Assembly: GCA_028023455.1 (NCBI GenBank)
Contig: JAQFVV010000010.1
Coordinates: 992,001-1,056,000 of the forward strand
Direction of reading: 5' to 3'
Source of the DNA: Epiperipatus broadwayi
Lineage: Eukaryota > Animalia > Onychophora
DNA: 64,000 nt
The position numbers and the translations under genes were made by a program. This document shows, piece after piece, positions 53,688-64,000 of this stretch; positions within the stretch are counted from its first letter, which is position 1; each line of letters begins with the position of its first letter. A model generated the notes under the pieces. The model was not told where the DNA came from and did no database searches. It was given only the letters and a program-made list of their open reading frames with translations.

Positions 53688-56600
53688 TGGCATGGTTAGA
53701 AAAAATAATGCCAGAAATAAGATTAAAATCTCAAGAATCAAATACAGGATTGAAAATAGAAATAAAAAAAATAAGTAAAAAATTAGAATATAAAATAGAT
53801 AATCAGTCTGAAGGAATAAAATTAGAACTGAAAGAAAGGAATGATTAAATAGACAGTCAACCTAAAATTTTACAAATAGATTAGATTAGTCAATCTAGAA
53901 TTTTAGAGGATAAATTAGTTGAAATACAAGATACAGTTAGACTAGATTTGAATGAATTGAGAGACTCACATGAGTATAGATTCAAAGATATAGAAATTAA
54001 AATAGAAAACTCTCAAGAAGAAACTACTCAGGATTTTAATCTTAAATTTAATTCATTAGAATCTAATTGTAAAATAGCAAAAAAGGATTCTGACAGGAAA
54101 CTGGAGGAAATTAAGAATCAGTTGGTTAATTACAAAATAGAATTAGAGGGTAAATGGAAAAAGTTAATAAGAGAGATAGACATATATAACAGTAAGCTTA
54201 CAGAACATATTAGCTATATGGAGGAAAAATTTCAGAATTGAGCAAAAATCTAACCAGTGTGCAAATAAATTTGAGGCAAGGTTAGAAATTAGATTCAAAA
54301 ATATATGTCAAGGACATATAATCATTGAAAAAAAGTTAGTGCAAACATAGCAGATTCAAAATCAGAATAAGGTAGAGATTGGAAACATTAGAATAGTACT
54401 GATACAAGCATTTAATGAGACTAAAATAGATGTTAAAGAGTTTTAAAAGGTTAATATTAAATTAGGAGGAGTCATTAAAAAGATTCAAAAGGAAATGAAA
54501 GAATTGTCAATCAAATATCAAGAATTGCTGGAACAGATCAATGAGAAAAAAGAGAAAAAAATTAGACTTGTTGGAAGAAGTAAATGATTTTAAAGTAGAG
54601 TATAAAAATATAATAAAAGAGATAATTGAACAGATGCAAATTGAGGATAAAATTAAAGTTTTTCAGCAAAAAGTAAAAGAGCTACAGAATAGTAGGGAGC
54701 AGGACAATCGAATTATGAGCTCCAATAATAATAATCAAGATATGATTGATAAAACTTAAATTCTGTTAGAGACAATTCAAAAAATTAAGTATCATCCAAG
54801 AAATGTTCCCCATGAACAAACTGTAGTAAATCAGTGCTAAATAATACTCCTCAGTTAAATTGTTTTAAAAATGAGTAAATGATGGGAAATTCAATGACCT
54901 TTAAACTTATGAAAATAACACCATTTAGATTGTTCCAATGAGTTTTGCTAAGCCTTGATGAGATATTTGCTTTATGTTCTTTAAATAAATCTGAGAACTT
55001 AGCAATATCAAGTAACCATCTTCAAGCCATCACTAAAGATTGGTAGCAGTCTTTATTCAATCACCACAGATGCATGCAAACTTTAAATATTTCATTATGT
55101 CTAGACTTTGGGGAGAAGACAGACAATATTGTATCCACTACTGAATCTCCCAGTTTGGGGTAGCTATGCCCAGTTTTTCAGAGAACATGTGGTCAAGTTA
55201 AAAAGGCTGACAGCCTTTCCTTTGTCAGAGCATCAAATAGTGAGAATCATATGGCATAATCTACTTCACCATATTAAGAAGGTCTTAATTGTTGCCGATA
55301 GGTATATGATTGGATAGGTGGCCAAGGTATCGATGTTTTAGAGGCAACAGAAAATAATACAGACCCTAGATGTATCTGGTGGTAATGTCAATTTGACACC
55401 ATTAAAAAACCAAAATTTTAGGAAAATGCATAGAAGTAGAGGTTATAGTGTTAGAAGAGTCACTCCTTATAATATACATAATAGTAATCATATTAAGATT
55501 ATAAAGAGTCTCAATTACTTTAGTTCAAAATACTCCTTAAAAAGGTGAAAACATAGTTGCTAAAAATAGTGCATTAAACTAAAAGAGACATCATTGAAAA
55601 ATTGCTCACTATAGATGCCTAGTAGTAACTTGAGGAAGGATAATACTATATGTTTTATAAATACCATTAACCATGATATAAACTACTTGGAGCCTTATAA
55701 TATAGCAGAGCCTGCAATTTTATACAATTTCCCTATCATAAGAGTGCCCATTGAGGACATTGATATTGATGCATGGATAAACTCAGAAAGTAAGAAAGCA
55801 CCGAGAAGATAATTAATATTAATGAATTTATATCCTTGTTTCCTATTAAGCCCATTCAGGTTACATTGGCAAATAGTAAGAGGACCAAGCTTTCTAATAA
55901 GTAGGACTGGCTCAAAGTGAAAATCAATAAGTCTGAATTTGAGCACATATTTTTAATCATGCCTTGTTTAATTCATGAAAAAATAATAGACTTGGACTCA
56001 TGAATTTGAGTTTATATAGCACAGACTATAAAAATAAGACCTTTTTATGTCAAAATGAAGTTTGTAATTTGATACCAGTGTAAATTGTAATTTAAGTCAA
56101 TTATAATGTATACTCAAAACTTCAATTAATTTAAATATAAAATCTAAGTTAGAAAACTGTAATTATTTAAATTTTAGACAGAAAGTCCAATCGATGTTTC
56201 AAAAAATCACAGGCATAATAAAAAGATATGTCTATTGGATCAAATTAAAGAGTGAGACACTTTTCCAACAGCAAGTGTATCCTATCCCTTATCTATATCA
56301 GGCAGCAGTACAACAACAAATAAATCAAATGATTGAGTAGCATATTGTAAAAAAGAGCTCATCTGCCTATATCATCCATTAATCATAATCAGGAATAAAA
56401 ATGGGTCAGTCAGGGTTTGGTTGGATGTTTGTATGCTAAATCAACAGACTATACCAAAGAATGACATCTTACTTTCTGTTTATGAACTATAAATTAAATT
56501 CAAAAACAAGGTCATCTTTACTACATTTGATTTTACAGCCAGTTATTGGCAAATTCCACTATGTATCATTGCTCAAAAATATACAGCTTTATGATATGAG

Positions 56601-58926
56601 GACAAATTTATGTTTTTGAAAAAATGCCTTTTGATTTGATCAACAGTGGAACTGGCCTTATTAGATGTTTGAATACAATTTTTTCAGTCAATTAAGAGAA
56701 AAAAATCATAATATATGTGGATGATATTATAATAGCTTCTGAGAGTTTTGATGAGCATTTAGAAGATTTAAAACTATTTTTCAGAGAATATACTGTAAAT
56801 AATATTAAAGTAAATCTTGAGGATTGCATATTTGCTGCAACAGAAATAACTTTTCTAGGCCATTTAATAAATGGATCAAACCCCATCCAGAAAATATTGT
56901 AGCTATATAGAACTTTCATATTCCAAAACAACGAAACAGTTAAAAACCATTTCTTGATCTATGTAATTACTATCATAAATTTTATCAGAATTTTGCCTAT
57001 GATCATTGTCAATGTTTCTTTAAAAAATGAGAAGTGAAAATGGAATGATAAGCATACATGGAAGTTCAATAAAATCAAGGCTAAATTCTTAGAAATAGTC
57101 ATTTTGGCTATTCTGATTTTAATAAAGTGTTTTACTTGCAAACTGACAGTAGTAGTTATTGTATCAGTTAAATGATAGTCAGCACTCCCAAATTTTGCAC
57201 TTTTTAAGTTGCCACTTGAAAGGGGCTGAGCTAAATTATCTTATTACCAAAAAGGAGCCATAACTGTAGTCTGAGCTTTCCAAAAACTTCATCAGTTTTT
57301 ACTGGGATCAGAGGTTATAGTCTTCAGTGACCATAGAAGTCTTGAATTCCTCAATAAAAGTTATTTACATAATAAAAGACATAATATGGAGCCTTTATCT
57401 CCAGCAATCTAATTACAAAATTTTGTACCATCAATGAAAGAAGAATCATAGCTGATTTCCTTAGCAAAAATCTTATTAAGGTAGTATATAAACATCCTGA
57501 TACTCAAAATATTGTTATTACAAGTGTTAATTTACTTATTGCAAAAATCTAAGTTATTCAATCTCAAGATATTAAATTAGACAACATTATACAATTATTG
57601 TATGATCCTTCTATCACTAGTAATAAAAGAAAAAATACTAAGAGAGTAAAGGAAAGATATTAATTACATCAAAACATCTTCATTTATAAAGTTAATCCCA
57701 GTGATAATAACTCCCAGAGAATCATTATTTCTAAGAGCATGATAAATAAATTATTTTATTATGCTCATTGTAAATATTGTCATTTTGGCTTTCAAAAAAT
57801 TGAATATGTATTTAAAAGTACTTTTATTGGACAAGCATGTATGCAACAATTGTTAAATGTTGTGAATATGTTTAAAATCTAAACATTCTCATAAATCTTA
57901 CACAATGTTACTTCAAACCATTTTCCCAGATAAACCTAATGAATTGTTATCATTAGATTTTTATGGGCCACTTCCTCCCTTTATAGGCAGAAGTTCATTT
58001 TGGTTACATATAATGTATCTATAAAGTTTATGTCAGCCTATCCTGTTGCCAAAAAAAATGCAAAAAATATAATAAAGCATGTGACCTAAGTTCAATTTCC
58101 CTTAGTAGATAAGCCTTCCTCCAGTCTTGTTGATCATGCTATTGCTTTTATTTCTAGTACATGGAAGAAATGAACCCTGATGCATAATATCAAACATTAT
58201 GAGATTTATAAGAAATCTTCAGTCTAACCCATGTGAAAGAGTGATGAGAGACTTAAATAGACTCTTTAATGATTTTATATAGAGCAACCATAAGCAGTGG
58301 GTAAACAAATTTCCAGAAATAGTCAACTACATCAACGTGACCTGAATGAGTTGACTAAATTATCCCCAGTCAGGTTACAATTTGGGAAACATGAGCCTGT
58401 GCTTATAAAAACTCCTTTACCCATCATCCCTGAACAAATAGATGTCAATCATAATCTTGAGCAGACTAAGCATAATTTAAGAAAGATGGGTGCTAGGAAA
58501 TCTAAACAATCTAAGTGTTATTCTTTCAAAATTGGTGACAATGCCCTGGTCAGAATGTTTCTTGCTAGTAATCTGCAGAAGGACCAATTCAAAACTCCTT
58601 AAGCTTGTATAATGAACTTTTTAAAATTATTAGTCAGGTGGGGAAAATGCTGTTATTATATCAACCCCTGAGGGAACTCAAGATACATATAATGCATGCA
58701 CCTTATAATCCATCCCATCAGTGGATTTGATATAAAATTTTGCTGTTTTCAAGTGTTAAAAATTGTTATTTTATTTGATAATGTTGGAGTAAGTATTTCT
58801 AGAATTGGCTAAGGAAAAAGATGAAACAAATATTAAGAAAAGTGGAATTGCTATAAAAATTAATGATTAAAAAAGGTATCTTTTCTATGATAATATGCAT
58901 TAAAAAAATTACTAAAAAGGAGGAGT
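53688..58926 (+). mobile_element. Decayed near-full-length Ty3/Gypsy retrotransposon internal region (gag-PR-RT-RH-IN)
   Basis: Putative PBS TGGCATGG after ..TTCA. Coiled-coil and capsid-like gag pieces; PIIRVPIEDIDIDAWINSES (protease-like); FDFTASYWQIPL and IYVDD (56714-56725), FLGH; QTDSS..AELNY..SDHRSL (RNase H); LSLDFYGPLP, NPCERV (integrase); purine tract AAAAAGGAGGAG ~58915-58926. Matching LTRs were not found. Confidence 0.9.
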
Positions 58927-59271
58927 AAAATATAACCATATATTTAAACCTGTATATATATTTTAAAGCATTAAAAATATTTATATATAAAATTATAATA
59001 AGTCAATTTCTTTATTTGTATTATTATAATAAAAAAAATCTTAAGATATGTGTTTCAATAGTATGTGTTAAAGTAATTCAGTTAGCCTATTTAGTTAGCA
59101 GTTATTTAAAAAGTTATTGTAGATTGTTTAAAATTTGTTTGAAGGAATACAATTAATATTTTGAAACTAAAAATGAGTTAATCTAGAGCTCACTATGTTT
59201 CACATAGATGTAATAGATAAAGTTGTTTAAAATGGTTAGTTAACTTTATTAAGATTTTTAGCTGTTAATTT

Positions 59272-59388
59272 TTAAAATAAATAGTTTTAAAATAATACTT
59301 ATGATTTATTAAATATCAATTTATGTGAGATTTAAAATAAATAGTTTTAAAATAATACTTATGATTTATTAAATACCAATTTATGTGA
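59272..59388. repeat. 60-bp tandem duplication
   Basis: Two near-identical units ATAGTTTTAAAATAATACTTATGATTTATTAAATA(T/C)CAATTTATGTGA. Confidence 0.9.
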
Positions 59389-61802
59389 AGTTATTTAAAA
59401 TCAGAGTTTAAAGATAGAAAATATAACTGGTATTAATTTTAAATTAGTTTTAAACATTAGTCAGTAACTAATTTATTTTTATTGTATTAAAAATGATTCT
59501 TTTTAATGTGGATGTGTGTGGATAATTAGTGTGTGCAGATGAAATATTGAAAGTTGAAAAGATTTATTAAAAGTAAATATATTTTTAAAAGATGTGCATA
59601 TTCAATCAGTTTTAATTATTAAAAAAGAATATTTTTTTTACAAGGGAAATAGTAAAAAAGAGGTATTTGAATTTAAAAAATGTTTAATCTGAAAAGAAAT
59701 AGATCACTTTTACTAGTATTAAATAAATTATTTATTGTGGTAATTAAGCTGTAATTAAAAAGTTCATTTTTAGTCTAGATGATCACATGACCATCTGAAT
59801 CGATAAAGCAAGATCAGATCAATTAACAAGATAAAGGGACACTAATAATTTCAATATTATAATGAATACTTGGAAAAAATTGGTTTAAAATACTGAAAAT
59901 GCAATCAAAATCCTGATGTGCATGGGTATATAAAAGACATACACACTAATAAAAAGAAAATCTTCATCTTAACTTATTATTAAAAAAAATTTTTTTTTTT
60001 AAAGTCAACTTAAAAGTTTATGTTTTAAATTTTATCATTATTATGCCTGGATAAGAAAAAACATAAGTTATCTATCCCAGCATTTCTTCTAAAAGGATAT
60101 GCTCAACTAATTCACAATTGGTTTAAAAGAATGCTAAAAAATTCTAATGTATTTCAAAAGAAGCCAAAGAAAAAGAGAATTCACATAAGGAAAAGTATGT
60201 GTTTCTTAACTTTTGCTATAAGACTAACTCTGGAAACTTTTAATTAGTTATTAATACTAATTATTGTTTTAAAAATAGTCAATATATTTGTATAGAGCTA
60301 GGATGATGAACTTTTATAAAAGTATGAAGCATATAAAAAAAGCACTAATAATTAATTTAGAATTGTCTTACAAAACTCTAATAAGAGTTCAATTTATGAA
60401 AATCAACTCTTTAATTATTGTAAGGAAAAGACTGTAACCAGATTGTTTTGTGTTAAAACAAATGACATAGCTATTCATCTTGAGATCATTTATTTATTTG
60501 AATAGTTTTTCTAAATTGCTGATTGATTGATATATGTTGTTTTGTACTTAGAAAAGGAATTAATATAATTTAAATTTGCAGTGTCATAATTAATGTCATT
60601 TAAAAAGTCAACTTATTATAATAATGAAACATTACAAAGAGCAATTTATTATTAAAAGTACACTTCAATTCATTACTCTTCTGATTCCCATTGCCAGTAA
60701 AAATGTGACTTGAAAGAAACTGTTTGCTACTATAATTATCTGCTGTCAGCTCTCATGATTATTTTGAAGTTGTTAACTTTTATTGCAAACATTTTTCAAG
60801 AAATTTTATTATAAATACTCATCTAAGGATTATGTGTGTTTCTATATTACTTCAAGAAAGAACAGAAAAAAAAACCACTTGAACCAAGAAATAATTTGCT
60901 TGCCAAGGAAAGAACATTTAATCTCTAATATATAAAAAGGGTATTATAATAATGTATATATATATATTAATATACAGTATTTAAAATTATTATAGTACTA
61001 TATTATTACCAATTATGATATCATAAATATATTTATGAGAATAATGTTTGAGGAATGGAATTGGTAAGACATATGGTAAAAAGGTGTTTATTTGTGAGTT
61101 AGTTTTATTGATCCAGAGTTTTCTGAATGATTATTTAAAATTATATGATTGGATTATTATATATTGTAAATAAATATTGTTATTATTAATTAAATAAGTT
61201 TTTATTTGTTGCCATTATGACATCATTGAATCAGCACATCTATTTATCAGAACATCTACTTTAATAAATTTTACATTAGTAATTATTTTTAAGAGTAAAT
61301 TTCAATGGTCACGTAGTGTTCAGACATTTATTTTGTTTAATAATGATTTGATTATTCTACCTGCATTCTTAGAAAATAAATGTTATATTAGTTATTTAAT
61401 TTCAAATGGACTTTTTATGTAGTTGGTAGCATAAAAGATACTCTTACTGCCTTCTACATTATTTTGATATTGCTTATTCAAATTTGTATAAGAAAATATA
61501 AGATTTCTGTATTTTATAGCAAGTGGAAGTGAAAGAATTATATTTCAATAAATGTAAAGTATTTAGAAATGTTTTTCAAATTACTAATTATATATTACTT
61601 AAGTATTTGAGTACTCTGTTATTATGTAATTTTATTTCTATTTTCTTAAAAATACTAAGATTCCAAAATAAACTAAGAGAAGTTTCAAATGTTTTATCTC
61701 TAGCTTAAATAATAATCAGCATATTTTGTATTAAAAAGTTAAAGTATTACCATTAACATTTTGTTCCAAATGTATTTTATTTTGAATTTGAACCCTGGGG
61801 TC

Positions 61803-62070
61803 AAGATATATTAAAACATGAAATTAAGATATTTAAAAACATGAGATATGATATTTTAACCTTGCAAAAGAACCCATCTTTAAGTTCAAGATATTTTAAA
61901 ATATGAGATATGATATTTTAATCTTGCAAAAGAACCTAAATTTGAGATAAATGTATTTTAAAACATAAGATATTTAAAATTGAGAAGAACCTACATTTAA
62001 GATAATAATGTTTTAAAAACTAAGATAAAATATTTTGAGTTATAAAAGAATCTTGTATTTTAATAATAAC
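61803..62070. repeat. Diverged ~55-60 bp minisatellite
   Basis: Recurring AAGATAT(T)TTAAAA(C/T)ATGAGATATGATATTTTAA..TTGCAAAAGAACC. Confidence 0.75.
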
Positions 62071-64000
62071 ATTTAATCATGGTATTGTCTACAAGAGGAC
62101 TCACATTCTGGTGTTTTAAAAATCCATGTTATATGGTGGCTATTGATGAAATCTTTGATTGCTAACAATCAACTCTTTGTTTAGTCAATATTCAGCAACT
62201 GATTGATTGCTGAATTACAATATATATATATAAGCTCATCTACACAAAATCTAATTTACAGTAATCAAAAATGGGAGTTAAATTACTTACAAATGAACTT
62301 GATTAATTCAAACAAATCTTTAACTTAAAATTACTAATAATTATTACTCTTGTTATTTGATACATGGATATGTTACTTTATATATTTTACTAGCATGGAC
62401 ACTTTACATTTGAAAAAAATATTATGCCTTTGATTATTTTTTTTAACTGACAATTTCTAAAAAAAAAAAAAAAGCTTTTTTTTCTTTACAAAAGAAAACA
62501 TTTGGTTAACATGTATATTAAAGGAAAAAATTATTTTTAAAAATGCTGACAAATAATAACTTATATACATAGTAAATACAGAGTAAATTTATTTATTTTA
62601 AAAAAAATTTTTTTTAACTTCAGTTGCATTAAAATACAATTAACATTTTTTTTTTAAAACTTTGCTTCTGATTTTAAACAATTCATAATATAAAATATAG
62701 CTTGTTAATATTAAATATAAACTAAAATAAAACTTAAAATGGCTAATATATTAGGATAACAGTCTAAATAGTTTTTTTTAAACTCACAAAGTGAGGCTTT
62801 GCAGCCAGAGTTTGGTTTCTCCTGATATGGAAAATTAGTTTCCATAATGTATCTTTAACAATCCCCTATTTTGACATTTGAAATAAGTAATGTTTCTTCA
62901 TTTTTAATTAGAAATTTGTTCAAAAATAATATGTCCGAGTCCAGATGTCCAGAATAAATTTTGGCAATTAGCAATTGTTCCTCTTTTCTACTTATTCATC
63001 ATACTGTGGTTCCTTAAATTTGGTTAAAACAAAACCAGTCTACTTTAATTTAATAAAAAATTGACCTTATATAATTTTTATTTATTGTTTTCAAACCCTT
63101 TGTTTTTTACACCTTTAATAAATCTTATTTGTAACATCAAATTTTATTTATTCAAATTACAAGAATTTAAAAAATAGTATTATTGCTTAATTAAATAAAC
63201 TTGCAAAACACTTGTTTTCAAATATCTTAGCAAAACAACTTAATCTTTTTTTTTTCATTTAATTATTTAAAATCTATTTTTTTAACAGTTGTTTTACAAT
63301 ACCCTTTGATAAGAGAAAGTTTTAACATAATTTAGCAGTTTCTCTTAAATTTAAATATATTTTTACAAATCTATTATATTATTGAATCTAATTTTTAATA
63401 TAACAATTTATAATTTATTTAAGCTTTTTCATATTGCTTATTATTAGTATATTATATAATTTTTTTTTTTGAATTTTTGAATGTTATATTCATTAGCATC
63501 TTCACAACTCTGAAAATTATCTTACAACCATGTAAAATCACATGGCTAACACTAAAATAAATAAAACATTATAAAGATCAGCAATCAACTGAAGAAATGT
63601 AAAGAATAGAGGAAATGACCAAGACAACTCAGATATTTCAAGTGTTCAATGAAATGAAAGAAAAAATGTTCACAGAAAAGAGATGAGGATAATAAAAAGA
63701 GCAAAAAAGGAGGATAATAAGAAGAGAGCAAAAGAAAAGCAGATGCTGCTAAAGAAAATAAAATAAAGCATTCTGCAAAGTCAGATGTTATTTATAGAAA
63801 TAAAAAAGCAATCAACAAAAAGGAAAGCATCAAAAGAAAGAATGTTCCTGATGATAACTATAATATAATACAAATAATAAAAGAGCATAAGAAGGAATGA
63901 AATAAGAAAACAGATGTTGTACATTATGTGCAAGATGTAATGCAAGACTACACTAAAATAAATTCAATTATAGATAAACCAGAGGGAATAAACCAAAAGA

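Noticed and set aside
58927-59500. 3' LTR of the Gypsy element
   Set aside because: No sequence matching the presumed 5' LTR (53400-53687) could be seen, so LTR limits are not called.
62760-63000. Minus-strand protein-like frame (SGHLDSDILFLNKF...)
   Set aside because: Contains a TAA, has no convincing splice pair and no recognisable motif.
63560-64000. K/E-rich purine-biased stretch
   Set aside because: Many stops and no domain signature; truncated by the window end.

Overview
AT-rich, strongly CpG-depleted eukaryotic nuclear DNA, probably from an invertebrate animal (inference), packed with transposable elements. There is no prokaryotic content and no CRISPR. Two full-length non-LTR retrotransposons have target-site duplications: an L1/Tx1-like element (1778-7774, minus) and an RTE element (49675-52968, minus). 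Decayed relics include Penelope-like, BEL/Pao, Ty3/Gypsy (two), RTE endonuclease (two), an unresolved LINE 3' fragment, Merlin and hAT elements. There are also MITE-like fold-backs and a 3-kb GATA/TATC microsatellite complex. The most interesting signals are three. (1) A complete HDV/CPEB3-like ribozyme fold starts exactly at the RTE 5' end. (2) A short non-coding repeat family carries a minimal hammerhead-like motif and inserts as head-to-head fold-backs. (3) A phase-compatible chain of plus-strand candidate exons (14.3-29 kb) has TGA as its only in-frame stop. No host gene could be named. Coordinates of relics are approximate, and all family assignments are from motifs read by eye, not from database searches.
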